Notes: generated by a model from the letters alone, not told the origin. A stretch of DNA of 64,000 nt from a virus (IMGVR_UViG_3300047553_000365:32001-96000), one strand, 5' to 3'. Counted from the stretch's first letter, positions 1 to 9,842 are shown. Numbers and translations: made by a program.

Positions 1-550
1 GGCAAAGGTAGGAATATCCTTAATCATCTTAGTAACTTCTGATCTAAGTTCATCGATAGTAAGTGTTACTACATCCATATAACAACCCTCCATAAAGTTT
101 ACAATATCTTCCATGGAGGTCCAAGTAGTAAGAGGAAAGGTAGTAACATGATGATCTAGGACAAGAACATCAAACTTAGCTAGAGTATAGACATTCTTCT
201 TTTGGTCAAAGACAATGATATGCTTATAGCTACTGTCATTTGTATTTCCCCAATAGCCTAGAATGGGTAGAACGAAATACCTATCATTATAATCCATGGC
301 AAAGAATCCATCATTCATGGAAAATACAAAGGAAGTCAACAAAGGATGAGTGTTCATGTTTCTATTATTTAATGTTTTTCTTGGGGAGTTTGCAACGCCT
401 GTGCATACGATCATACACAGGCGTTGCTATTGTCCACTCCATACGATTTCCCCTACCGCATGAAAGTTGTCAGATTAACAAAGTTATTATTTCATGGTAT
501 TAATATTATTATCAAAAGAATATTATTATGATCGTGATAGGTAATAGTGT

Positions 551-2098
551 CTAGTCGTTAGTAGAATTATTACGAGTAGGAACATTAGTAATATATACCA
601 ACTCATTCATTGCACGGGTAATGGCTACATATTCCAGATTCTTTTCCTGTTCTTGTTGCCAATCCATGACAGCAAACTTGTTAGGCATAAAGTCACGATT
701 GCCTAGATTAAAGCAACGCTTCCATTCCAAGCCCTTAGCCTTATGAATGGAGGACAAAGTTACAACCTTGGGAAGTCCCTTATCCCCATAGTCTGAAAAC
801 ATGGAATCAATAAGTTTGGCAAGTTCCCAAGTAGTTGTCATTCCAATCTCTTGCGCTCTTTCAATAAGGACAATCATACATTGCATCTTATCTTCCAGCA
901 TTTGCATCTTTACACGGGAAGCCTTAGAGAATTCCTTGTCGAAATATTCCACCAACTTTTTGGTAAATTCATTGATTTCAGTAATGGACTTCCACTTATT
1001 ACACAGAGAAACCAAGCTCTTACCAATATCTCTTCCCTCAATACGGCATCCGATTCCTTGACGAATTAGGCGAAAGGCCAAAGATACAAGAGGAGCATTG
1101 TTTCTACAGATAATACCATCGTGGTCATTAAACTTATAATCTCTAAGAGCAGCCACAAATTCGTCATACTTAATGCTAGTAACAATTCCATCGATAGCAT
1201 TATCCTTGGCTTGAATATCAGGGACAAGATACTGGGCCTCCTTAATAATGTTATTACCACAGCGGTAACAAATAGGCAGAGCAAATTCCTGACAGTTGAA
1301 AGCTTCTTTAATGATATTCATGGAATCATTCTCTGCGCCAGTAAATCCATAGATGGCTTGCTTATCATCTCCAATAGCCAGAAACCTTGAAGTAGGTTTA
1401 AGCATTCTCTGTGCAATAAGTTTTCTTACTGCATTGGTATCCTGTGCTTCATCCACGATAACCCAATCATACTTAGTAATGGGAATATTAAGTAGAATGG
1501 GAAGATAGACCATATCATCAAAGTCAATCTCTTTTGTGTCCCGATTGGAAGTATTAAGGACTTGTTTGCAAACATCCAAAATAGCCCCCATTTCAATATC
1601 AGCATCAAAAGAGATATCATGATGAGCATACAAGTCCATCCATGCTTGGTCGTCATTAATAGCAGGAAGTCCCTCAATTCCAAAACCTGCCTGTTTAGCA
1701 AGACTTACCATCTTAAGGACAAATTGCAGACACTTTCTTTCCTCCTTACCCACAAGCTGACTATCTGCAATGTAATAAACCTTGGAGTTATTAACCTTCA
1801 TTCTACCAAAGGTATTTTTAAGGTTAAAGAATCCTTCTGCATGAAAGGTAGCAGCCTTGCAATTACTGATTCCCATGGCTTTAACCTTTTCTTCCAGTTC
1901 CACCGCATTCTTCTTATTGAATGTCATGGAGATAATGGAACCAGACATTTTAGCCATTCCATGTAGGGCAGTAAAAGTCTTTCCAGATCCAGCCCTTGCA
2001 ATTGCAATAGCATTTCCTTCCCCCCTTTCTATCCAATTAAAGATATTTTGCTGATGCTGACTATATACGGTAGGGGTGGGGGCGACAGTGGTTTGCAT
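551..2098 (-). CDS. UvrD/Rep-like superfamily 1 helicase
   Basis: ARAGSGKT (Walker A), VDEAQD, YRC, SIHKAKGLEW and YVAITRA motifs; 515 aa. Confidence 0.9.
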   Translation of the reverse strand: MQTTVAPTPTVYSQHQQNIFNWIERGEGNAIAIARAGSGKTFTALHGMAKMSGSIISMTFNKKNAVELEEKVKAMGISNCKAATFHAEGFFNLKNTFGRMKVNNSKVYYIADSQLVGKEERKCLQFVLKMVSLAKQAGFGIEGLPAINDDQAWMDLYAHHDISFDADIEMGAILDVCKQVLNTSNRDTKEIDFDDMVYLPILLNIPITKYDWVIVDEAQDTNAVRKLIAQRMLKPTSRFLAIGDDKQAIYGFTGAENDSMNIIKEAFNCQEFALPICYRCGNNIIKEAQYLVPDIQAKDNAIDGIVTSIKYDEFVAALRDYKFNDHDGIICRNNAPLVSLAFRLIRQGIGCRIEGRDIGKSLVSLCNKWKSITEINEFTKKLVEYFDKEFSKASRVKMQMLEDKMQCMIVLIERAQEIGMTTTWELAKLIDSMFSDYGDKGLPKVVTLSSIHKAKGLEWKRCFNLGNRDFMPNKFAVMDWQQEQEKNLEYVAITRAMNELVYITNVPTRNNSTND

Positions 2099-2140
2099 GA
2101 TTTTCGGTTATTTTCGGGGCTGAATTGCCCTTGAGCCGCC

Positions 2141-2169
2141 ATTGAACCAAATTCCCCCGCCCCCGTCAA
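2141..2169 (-). promoter_or_regulatory. sigma70-type promoter of the helicase gene
   Basis: TTGACG-N17-TTCAAT on the minus strand, A/T tract upstream, about 40 nt before the ATG at 2098. Confidence 0.6.
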
Positions 2170-2194
2170 GTCGATTTCCGAAAAAATAATTTCA

Positions 2195-2419
2195 TTACTT
2201 CTTCTTAATTCCATCTAGTTCCTGAACCACATACTCAAACATTTTAACTTGTTGGCTTTCATGTTCCAGATCCATATTGATATATTCAAGTAGTAATTCC
2301 TTATTCTCTCCTAGAGCCTTTTCAGTCTTACGAGAAATATGGGTAGTTACTATCATACCAGTAAGAACATTGGTAATAACGATTACAATCAGTAGTATAA
2401 TGTAGGAAGAGCTTTTCAT
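2195..2419 (-). CDS. small membrane protein, hypothetical
   Basis: Start moved to MKSSSYIILL, 6 nt after a promoter motif; N-terminal hydrophobic helix. Confidence 0.6.
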   Translation of the reverse strand: MKSSSYIILLIVIVITNVLTGMIVTTHISRKTEKALGENKELLLEYINMDLEHESQQVKMFEYVVQELDGIKKK

Positions 2420-2425
2420 ATGGAT

Positions 2426-2446
2426 ATTATGGGTCGGTTTTAATTT
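2426..2446 (-). promoter_or_regulatory. phage promoter motif copy 1
   Basis: AAATTAAAACCG-ACC-CATAAT, 6 nt to ATG 2419. Confidence 0.75.
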
Positions 2447-2480
2447 AACTTGTAGGAATATGACCAATTAAAACCATGTT

Positions 2481-2501
2481 TGTTATATTCGGTTTTAATT
2501 A
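2481..2501 (-). promoter_or_regulatory. phage promoter motif copy 2 (atypical -10 spacing)
   Basis: TAATTAAAACCG followed by AA-TATAAC; part of a local motif cluster. Confidence 0.4.
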
Positions 2502-2558
2502 GGAAGGTAGTAATAGGTTTTAATTTAATACTATATATGGTAGGGTTGGTTTTAATTA

Positions 2559-3020
2559 CTACTGCTTATAGTAGTAATTGGGTTCTGTTTCATCAATACC
2601 ATCATCAAAATATTCTTGGGCAAGTTCTTGAAGATCATTATCTAACTCTTCATAAGAGTAATCCTGATGAGGTTCAATATTAGTAGGCTTAACATCATCA
2701 TTCTCTGCTTCTCTTCTAGCAAGCCATTGATACATTTCCAATCTAGTAGGAAATTCGTATACTTCAAATCCTCTATTAAGAGCTAGTTGAAGAGTGTCCT
2801 TAAGATCATTACTGGCAACAATAGTAGTAATGGCATTTTCTTCCAAGTCTAGAACAGCATAGCTATATGTTTCGTTAGACTTTAGCACAATACCATCATA
2901 CAGAGTTATAACTAATCCGTAGAAGTTATTATAAGAAATATGAAGTATATGACAAGCATTTTCATCAATATCCTCTAAGGCTTTCACATTAACTTTCGAT
3001 TTTTCTAGAATTCTGATCAT
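2559..3020 (-). CDS. hypothetical protein, acidic C-terminus
   Basis: 153 aa ORF on the coding strand. Confidence 0.6.
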   Translation of the reverse strand: MIRILEKSKVNVKALEDIDENACHILHISYNNFYGLVITLYDGIVLKSNETYSYAVLDLEENAITTIVASNDLKDTLQLALNRGFEVYEFPTRLEMYQWLARREAENDDVKPTNIEPHQDYSYEELDNDLQELAQEYFDDGIDETEPNYYYKQ

Positions 3021-3220
3021 TTTACTATATTGTTAAAGTTATTATATTTTCAAAGTTATTATATATTCATGATGTAATGGCGATAGTTCCTAACCATATT
3101 ATTATAATGGCTATAACTATTTCTATTGTGAATATGTTTGAATTGATTTTCAATATAGTATAAAATTATTTACTATATTTTAAACCTTTTTCTTTATTCC
3201 CCATTATTTACCTATCTTCT

Positions 3221-3270
3221 GTATTTTAGTGTATTATGGTGTATTACGGTGTATTATTGTGTATTTCCTT
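3221..3270. repeat. five 10-bp-phased direct repeats (GTATTnnnGT)
   Basis: gtattttagt gtattatggt gtattacggt gtattattgt gtatttcctt, next to an AT-rich intergenic tract. Confidence 0.8.
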
Positions 3271-3275
3271 GATAC

Positions 3276-3632
3276 TTAAGGACTTTGCTTCAGTCTTTCA
3301 TTCATATTATCCAGTATTTGCTGGTGGGCAATCTTCCGTTCTTCCTCTCTCTTTATCCTCTGTTCCATCCTATGTTTCCACATTTTATTCACCACTTCTT
3401 TCCAATTTCCCACGAAATCATCCACATTTAGAAGCAATGTATTATGGGCATTATCCACAGTATTATCCCAATACTCAATATATAGAGTATCCCCATTAAC
3501 ATAGAAACTTACATGATAAGAATACTTATCCCCCTCAAGAGACAGGTAATAGCTTACAATCTCGTCTGCTCTAAGATACATTTTATTATGTAATGTATCG
3601 TATCGTTCTACTTGTTTTCTACTAAGTTTCAT
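3276..3632 (-). CDS. hypothetical protein
   Basis: 118 aa ORF, ATGA overlap with upstream gene. Confidence 0.65.
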   Translation of the reverse strand: MKLSRKQVERYDTLHNKMYLRADEIVSYYLSLEGDKYSYHVSFYVNGDTLYIEYWDNTVDNAHNTLLLNVDDFVGNWKEVVNKMWKHRMEQRIKREEERKIAHQQILDNMNERLKQSP

Positions 3633-3970
3633 AATTTTGATTTTTGTCCTACCACTTCATAGGTGATTTCTCTTAGAGTTATGGTAAAACTAAATTGCCA
3701 AGAGGAAAGAGTAAAGCAGCATAGTTCTTCACTATATCTTACAGTTTCTCTAATGGTTGTATCTTTACCCTCTCTATAGATAGCTACAATGTCTCCCTCA
3801 TAGATATCTTGATTATTCCTATCCTTTAGTCCAATGTATTGTTCTGGTCTTTCGTGGTCAAAGTCATTGATAATATCCCAAAACTTAAAGTTATCAAATC
3901 CCTGATCGTAATCATAATAATGATACTTCTTCTCATCATTATTCCATACTCTAAATTTAATATTCTTCAT
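3629..3970 (-). CDS. YopX-family protein
   Basis: MKNIKFRVW...EQYIGLKDRNNQDIYEGDIV signature. Confidence 0.8.
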   Translation of the reverse strand: MKNIKFRVWNNDEKKYHYYDYDQGFDNFKFWDIINDFDHERPEQYIGLKDRNNQDIYEGDIVAIYREGKDTTIRETVRYSEELCCFTLSSWQFSFTITLREITYEVVGQKSKL

Positions 3971-3972
3971 GG

Positions 3973-4523
3973 TTAGTTCTCCCAAGATAAAGGACATTCC
4001 AAATGGTTATCATAGAGGTCCACATAGTTATTCCTATATTTCTCTGCCAGTTCTCTTGCATTGTTCTTTTCTGCTATCAGTCTTTCAATTCTCATAGTAG
4101 CAAGTCCAAGAGTTCCAAATATATGTTCATTTACCAAATCTTTAATATATTCATCTGTGAGTTCTTCTTCATACAGATGTTTAATTAGTCTTTTGGCTAT
4201 GTCTAATTGATAGGGTTTCATAACTTAAGTTTTCTTACTTCGATATCAGGCCATCCGTTCTTTTGTTTTCCCTTGTTAATATGTTCGGAACCTTCGACAA
4301 TGGCTATTCTTTTATATTCCTCCCATTTCATTTCTCCAAAGCTAAATTCAGACAAGGGAGCATCAAGCCATCCTTCATCATATCCATCCCATTTAATATA
4401 TCTTATAAGGTAATATTCTTCCTTCTTATTTTGAACCAGAAGAATAACATCAACTTCCTGATTCTTTTTAAAGGTCAGTTTAGCCTTTGCTTGGGTTGGA
4501 GTTAGCCATTTCATGATTCCCAT
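3973..4523 (-). CDS. two hypothetical proteins (3973-4221, 4218-4523)
   Basis: 82 aa and 101 aa ORFs overlapping by 4 nt in the minus-strand operon. Confidence 0.6.
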
Positions 4524-4945
4524 TTAATGATTGTTTTAAGATAGGCTTCTGCCCTTTGTGTAGCGGTTGCGTGAATATTAAGAAACTGGTCGTATAAGTC
4601 CACCGTTGGAGTTGTGTCTAATACCATAGCCAATATAAAAGCATAGGATTTAAGTTGTTTTTCCGATAGGGTTTTCTCTACCTCATGCATCGCATTAAGA
4701 TCATTAAGGTAGTCAGGAACATTGCATCTGTTCATTGCATCCGTGGCATCCAAAAACTTCCTTGTTATTACATCAACCACTCCACCATAACCCCTGATAG
4801 GTTCATCCCAAAATTGTATTTTTGAACCTGATGGGGTAAAAACTTGCCATAATGGGTTTTTAGACATTAGTTTATCATCGGTAGCAAAAATAATTTGCCA
4901 CCCGCACGACTCTGCAATTGCTATTCTTTGTCTTTCGGGTGTCAT
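4511..4945 (-). CDS. conserved phage hypothetical protein (possible ABA-sandwich-like); paralog of 44464-44850
   Basis: RIAIAESCGW...VPDYLNDLNAMHEVE...ATQRAEAY pattern shared with 44464-44850. Confidence 0.6.
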   Translation of the reverse strand: MTPERQRIAIAESCGWQIIFATDDKLMSKNPLWQVFTPSGSKIQFWDEPIRGYGGVVDVITRKFLDATDAMNRCNVPDYLNDLNAMHEVEKTLSEKQLKSYAFILAMVLDTTPTVDLYDQFLNIHATATQRAEAYLKTIIKWES

Positions 4946-4947
4946 GA

Positions 4948-5250
4948 TTACAATGATCCTACATCGGGTTTAAGATTGTGCTTCTCTAGAATGTTCCACC
5001 AGTCTGCGGAAAAGAAACTTCTACCATGTCCACATTCAACAATAAGTTGAAGCAGGTGTTCATAGTTCTTCACCTTATCAACTCTATCATATCTACGATG
5101 GGCATAGATACCATCCTCTCTACATTCCAAGATACATTGAGACTTGGCTTGAGTATTAAGATCTGCCCAAAGATTACCATTCTGGTAATAAATGGTTACA
5201 TACAGACCTTCTCTCAAAGGTTCTTCCAATAGTTCAAATAGTTCTTTCAT
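4948..5250 (-). CDS. hypothetical protein
   Basis: 100 aa ORF in operon. Confidence 0.6.
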   Translation of the reverse strand: MKELFELLEEPLREGLYVTIYYQNGNLWADLNTQAKSQCILECREDGIYAHRRYDRVDKVKNYEHLLQLIVECGHGRSFFSADWWNILEKHNLKPDVGSL

Positions 5251-5417
5251 GACTTTAGGGATTCAAACCAACCTACTCCCGTCATACGATTTGCGGTGGA
5301 AAGCATCAGGAATCCAATGATTCCCCAAATAAGGCCAAGTTGTGCAGATACTAGGACTACCATAGCGATAGCAGTAATATCAGCAATCATACACATAATT
5401 CTTAGGGTTAGTTTCAT
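5247..5417 (-). CDS. small membrane protein (56 aa, not in ORF track)
   Basis: Hand translation MKLTLRIMCMIADITAIAMVVLVSAQLGLIWGIIGFLML...; fills the gap with an ATGA overlap. Confidence 0.6.
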   Translation of the reverse strand: MKLTLRIMCMIADITAIAMVVLVSAQLGLIWGIIGFLMLSTANRMTGVGWFESLKS

Positions 5418-5419
5418 AA

Positions 5420-5965
5420 TTACTTCAGTTTGTTACCAGCATCAAGGATTTCTTTTACCTTATCCATTGTAAAGGTTTGGCAACCCACGACCACCTTATC
5501 CTTATAAACCTTAGCAGAATACTGGTCATTAAGAACGATATCAACGAAGTCCTGCACAACCTCAACAGCTTTGTAGGGATTGGAATATTTACCATTCTTT
5601 GAAATGATATAGACACAATATCCCCTTGTCTTTGCTTCCCCTTGAACACTTAGACTAATGCCTTCGGTGGGTTCCTTATAAATATGAAGTCCCACTTCTC
5701 CCACATCATACTTAACAAATCCATCATTATGGATAATAGTTTTACCCACAAGTTTTCTAGCTTCTTCTAGTTCTTTTCTAATATTGTCAAGAACATTGGA
5801 TTCTTCCTTTACTTCTTCAAACCTATTCTTTGAAAGAGCTGTAAGAGTTCCTTCCATATTAATGTAAAAGTAATCGTTATCTTCCCACTCCGATTCATAC
5901 ACATTACCTTCCTTAAGGGATAGGGATACTGCTGCGGAGTTTATGCATTTAATTTTCTTTTTCAT
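5420..5965 (-). CDS. hypothetical protein, paralog family A
   Basis: MKKKIKCI N-module plus LNDQYSAKVYKDKVVVGCQTF C-module; close paralog of 5968-6516. Confidence 0.8.
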   Translation of the reverse strand: MKKKIKCINSAAVSLSLKEGNVYESEWEDNDYFYINMEGTLTALSKNRFEEVKEESNVLDNIRKELEEARKLVGKTIIHNDGFVKYDVGEVGLHIYKEPTEGISLSVQGEAKTRGYCVYIISKNGKYSNPYKAVEVVQDFVDIVLNDQYSAKVYKDKVVVGCQTFTMDKVKEILDAGNKLK

Positions 5966-5967
5966 AA

Positions 5968-6516
5968 TTACTTCAGTTTCTTATTGGCATCCAGAATGTC
6001 TTTCACCTTATCAATGGTAAAGGTTTGGCAACCCACGATCACCTTATCCTTATAAACTCTGGCAGAATACTGTTCATTAAGACCAACATTAATAAACTCT
6101 TCCACAACCTTAACATCCTTATAGGGATATAGCAATCCATTCTTTGAAATGATATAGACACAGTATCCCTTTCTTTGTGCTTCCTCTCTAACACTCTGAC
6201 TAGCCTCATTAGTATCTGATGCCTTATCAATGTAAAAGTTTACTTTGGTCACTTCAAGCTTCAAAGAGCCATTATTATAGATAACAAATTTACCCACAAG
6301 TTCCTTGGCTTCTTCCATTTCCTTTCTAATTTCGTCAAGAACATTGTGGGGGGTCTTGGCTTCTTCCATTTCCACAAACCTATACTTACCATAACCTATA
6401 ACGGCTCCATTATTACGAATGTAGAAGTAATGGGTATCTTCTCTTTCAGATTCATACACTTCCCCTTTCTTAAGGGATGATCCATTGTCACATACGCATT
6501 TAATTTTCTTTTTCAT
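5968..6516 (-). CDS. hypothetical protein, paralog family A
   Basis: Tandem paralog of 5420-5965 with near-identical 3' nucleotide sequence. Confidence 0.8.
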   Translation of the reverse strand: MKKKIKCVCDNGSSLKKGEVYESEREDTHYFYIRNNGAVIGYGKYRFVEMEEAKTPHNVLDEIRKEMEEAKELVGKFVIYNNGSLKLEVTKVNFYIDKASDTNEASQSVREEAQRKGYCVYIISKNGLLYPYKDVKVVEEFINVGLNEQYSARVYKDKVIVGCQTFTIDKVKDILDANKKLK

Positions 6517-6519
6517 GGT

Positions 6520-6678
6520 TTATTTTACTTCTTCAAACAAAGACTTTAGGTATGGCACAAGGTTCCCCCTATCATTTACAACAAAGATATATAACGGAGT
6601 TTGTTTCTTGCACTCATATACCTTATTCAAGGTAAGAGAACCCCTATTGGAAGTTATGCATTTATATTTCTTTTCCAT
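6520..6678 (-). CDS. stand-alone N-module of paralog family A (52 aa, not in ORF track)
   Basis: Hand translation MEKKYKCITSNRGSLTLNKVYEC...NDRGNLVPYLKSLFEEVK; 5 nt after a promoter motif. Confidence 0.7.
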   Translation of the reverse strand: MEKKYKCITSNRGSLTLNKVYECKKQTPLYIFVVNDRGNLVPYLKSLFEEVK

Positions 6679-6683
6679 GACTT

Positions 6684-6704
6684 ATCATACTTCGGTTTTA
6701 ATGA
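6684..6704 (-). promoter_or_regulatory. phage promoter motif copy 3
   Basis: ATTAAAACCG-AAG-TATGAT, 5 nt to ATG 6678. Confidence 0.75.
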
Positions 6705-6709
6705 TTAGA

Positions 6710-7418
6710 CTATGGTTTCTTAATTGCGTGTCCAATTGTCTCTCCAACCCAAAATAGAATCATTCCCACAACCACAGGAATCATCAACACAAGAGTAAGG
6801 GGCCAAAGAATAACAAAAAACCAATTCAAAGAAAAACAATCCCTCTCTTTCCATGACATATTAGACATGGCGATTCCCATAACCACACATCCCAAACATA
6901 CCCCAACGAAATACCCGATAATCATCCAATATTCTAAGTTCATATTATTTCCAGTTATTAATTATAAGAGCAATCATGGCTTTCTAAATGCTTTACGAAT
7001 TCTTTGACCCAACCATATAAGAAAGAGAATTGACACTATGAAAATGGATACAACAATAGTAAAAGGCCATACTGTGACCAGAAACAAAGAAAAAACAATT
7101 TTTCCTGAATAAGTCTCATTATCTAATAGGTCAGGAATAATAATACCCGTAAAAATACATCCTAGGGCAAATCCTCCCAAATACACGATTAAAAATAAAT
7201 ATTCAAAGTTCATATTATTTCCAGTTATTAACTATAAGAGCAATCATGGCAATAATTCCCCCAATTCCCAAGATAGCATGAGAAAAGATAGATATAGTAA
7301 GCAAGATAGATTCTACCTCTATATTTTTACCATTATCCATATATGCCTTTGTTTTAAATCCTAGCCAGTAGGCTATAAAGAATGTTAGACAGATTACAAA
7401 TATTTGTGCAGTATTCAT
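6710..7418 (-). CDS. three small membrane proteins (6710-6943, 6974-7213, 7215-7418)
   Basis: Hydrophobic 67-79 aa ORFs; the first two are paralogs (MNLEY / MNFEY ... KP). Confidence 0.7.
6936..7250. repeat. 45-bp direct repeat (6936-6980 and 7206-7250)
   Basis: aagttcatattatttccagttattaa(t/c)tataagagcaatcatggc, one mismatch, 270-bp period. Confidence 0.9.
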
Positions 7419-7424
7419 ATCTTA

Positions 7425-7445
7425 ATTATACCCCGGTTTTAATGT
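7425..7445 (-). promoter_or_regulatory. phage promoter motif copy 4
   Basis: ATTAAAACCG-GGG-TATAAT, 6 nt to ATG 7418. Confidence 0.8.
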
Positions 7446-8102
7446 TTATTTTTCTTTCTCTTTTCTTTTAAACTTAGCAATTCCTAAAAAGTCCTGCGGA
7501 TCAGTAAAGATATCCTTACCTCTCTTAAGCTTCTTAAGTTGTTGTTTTGTAGGTAGAACATAGATACTAAAGCATTTCTCATTACCCGTTTCATTATTAT
7601 ACCAAGGAATCTTCTCAATATCCGTAATGCTTACAGTTTGCTTATGGTTCTTTAGATAGGCATGAAGATCCTTAAGGTTATATTTTTTGGAAGTTAAACC
7701 TGCATCAATATAATCCCCATATTCAGGAATGGGAATCTGTTCCCCTTCAAGAGTCCACAGAGTATGATCGTAGGAGCAACAAAGAATGATCTTCTTAATA
7801 TCAATATCCTCTGGATTAAGGTTCACAAAATTCTTTCCGCAATTATCCCACCAGACTTCTACTTGTAAACAATGAAAAGGATTCTTTGTCTTAAGATACT
7901 CCATATCAGCATCATACAGAGGAAACATGGGAATGTTTTTACCATCGTATTCACACTTTCTTTTCGGACCAATATAAGTAAGATTCTTTTCCGTTTGCTT
8001 ACCATTCACAAAAGTAATGTCCATGCGAATACTTGGAGAAATCTTATACTTAAAGACTTCCGTAACAGTTTTGGTCTTAGTGACAGGAATTTTGGTTTTC
8101 AT
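7446..8102 (-). CDS. hypothetical protein
   Basis: 218 aa ORF in operon. Confidence 0.7.
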   Translation of the reverse strand: MKTKIPVTKTKTVTEVFKYKISPSIRMDITFVNGKQTEKNLTYIGPKRKCEYDGKNIPMFPLYDADMEYLKTKNPFHCLQVEVWWDNCGKNFVNLNPEDIDIKKIILCCSYDHTLWTLEGEQIPIPEYGDYIDAGLTSKKYNLKDLHAYLKNHKQTVSITDIEKIPWYNNETGNEKCFSIYVLPTKQQLKKLKRGKDIFTDPQDFLGIAKFKRKEKEK

Positions 8103-8278
8103 TTCTTCTTAGTTTTCTTTCCTTGACATGGATCACAACGCAATCTTTCAGGCCCAACTTGTGCAACTCTTAGTCCACAAGTCTTACATACATAGGGAAT
8201 AAATGTCATCATTCCTATTGTGGGAATTTTACCCTCCACGCGAGGAACCTGCTTAAAGTTATGCCCTAGATATCTCAT
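8099..8278 (-). CDS. small Cys-rich (zinc-finger-like) protein, 59 aa, not in ORF track
   Basis: Hand translation contains CKTC and CDPC; overlaps both neighbours by 4 nt. Confidence 0.6.
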   Translation of the reverse strand: MRYLGHNFKQVPRVEGKIPTIGMMTFIPYVCKTCGLRVAQVGPERLRCDPCQGKKTKKK

Positions 8279-8592
8279 GAGTTAAATTCTTTCTCTGTTG
8301 CTTCAATGGCATTTGCCAGTTCATTAAGAATATTACAGACTGTCTTAGTGGTTTCAGACATATACTTAAGGTCATATTTCTCTGCCCTTTTTCTTAGATT
8401 CTGTGCCAACAACATATTATAACCCTTTTTTTCAACCTTTGTAAACCTATAAGATTCAAAACAATGTTCTCTACGATCCTCTGCCTTAATTGAATAGAGT
8501 AATTGGCAAGAATCATGAGCATAAACATCATAGTCATTACCCTCAATGAGTAAATGCTCCAACCCCTTGTTATTGATACATTTAACTTTCAT
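8275..8592 (-). CDS. hypothetical protein with family A N-module
   Basis: MKVKCINNKG...EGNDYDV...FESYRFTKV. Confidence 0.65.
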   Translation of the reverse strand: MKVKCINNKGLEHLLIEGNDYDVYAHDSCQLLYSIKAEDRREHCFESYRFTKVEKKGYNMLLAQNLRKRAEKYDLKYMSETTKTVCNILNELANAIEATEKEFNS

Positions 8593-8595
8593 GAT

Positions 8596-9084
8596 TTAAA
8601 GTTGTGTTAATAGAATTGTTTCCAATGCTTTAAAGATGGCAGGTAACTTAACATTGTTAATGTTGTCAACCATTTCCTTATCCATAATATCATTCTTGGC
8701 GGAAGTTTCCGTATAATGATATCCACCACGACCAATAACTTCCGCTGCCTTTTTTAGAGCATAGGCGGAAAGAATAAGGTCACAGAATTCCCAAAGCCTT
8801 TCTTTAATAGCAGGATTAAGTTCATAATCCTCCAAAAGAGCATCATACATACACATATTACGATTCTCTCTTACAAGATGATACTTGTCCCCTTCTTTAA
8901 AAACCCTATCCTTCTCAGCATAGTTTTTAAGATGATAATGACAGTTTCTATTACCCATCCAACCCAAGGCCCAATACCAATCGCATTGCCATTCAGGAAG
9001 AGTTAAATAGATACTCTCTTTAGTTTGTTTATTAACTCCAAAGAACACCCTTTCCTGTTTCCGTTGATAGTTAAGGTTTTGCAT
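8596..9084 (-). CDS. hypothetical protein
   Basis: 162 aa; ATG 6 nt after a promoter motif. Confidence 0.7.
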   Translation of the reverse strand: MQNLNYQRKQERVFFGVNKQTKESIYLTLPEWQCDWYWALGWMGNRNCHYHLKNYAEKDRVFKEGDKYHLVRENRNMCMYDALLEDYELNPAIKERLWEFCDLILSAYALKKAAEVIGRGGYHYTETSAKNDIMDKEMVDNINNVKLPAIFKALETILLTQL

Positions 9085-9090
9085 GTCTTA

Positions 9091-9111
9091 ATTATACCCC
9101 GGTTTTAATTA
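9091..9111 (-). promoter_or_regulatory. phage promoter motif copy 5
   Basis: TAATTAAAACCG-GGG-TATAAT, 6 nt to ATG 9084. Confidence 0.8.
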
Positions 9112-9114
9112 CTA

Positions 9115-9842
9115 TTAGTCTGCTAGGGAATTAATAAAGTCTTGGGCTTCTTTTCTAGATCCCCAATATTTCTTATCCCAAAGAATGCTCCATGTTCCTG
9201 TATCCTTTCCTAGATATAAGTAGGTATGATTAGGTTCTGAAGTCCAAATATAATAGTTACCATTCATGTTATCAATATGGGGAATTCTACCAAGAACAGT
9301 CTTGGGCTTATCATTCTGTTCTTCCACGGTAACTTTTGTCCTAGGTTCATATGCCACCACCCTTTGGGCAGTAATCATACCACATTCATCACATTCTAGA
9401 AATTCTGATCCCCTATTAAAATTGGATAGAATATTTCTCTCAAATGTTCCATAGTTGGGTTCAGTAGAATAATGAGAATATTGCCTACCACAACATTCAC
9501 ACTTAATAATGTATTTAAATTCTTTACTCATGTCCTTGATTTTAAAAGAGTTCCGAGATATTTTATATATTCGGAGAAGTCATCAAATTGATAGATAGTA
9601 TATCCATCATCCAGAAGTCTAGTGATAAGAACTTCAAACTCCTCCTCATTGTAATCTATATCCACATCATTAAGGATTAGATCCAGAACAGACCAATGAG
9701 CAACACCTTTATTTGTAGTATTACCATGAATAAGGTGAGGGTTACTTTGTTCATCAATTGCAATAGTATATTCATTCTGGTCAGAATCTGTGATACTAAT
9801 CTGTTTAACGATATGAGTCTTGTTGTTTATGATTTGTTTCAT
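9115..9842 (-). CDS. two hypothetical proteins (9115-9531 with CECC/CDEC zinc-ribbon motifs; 9528-9842)
   Basis: 138 aa and 104 aa ORFs in operon. Confidence 0.6.

Noticed and set aside
1-550. Short or truncated minus-strand ORFs at the left edge
   Set aside because: Two overlapping frames are both open and the window edge cuts one, so I cannot choose between them.
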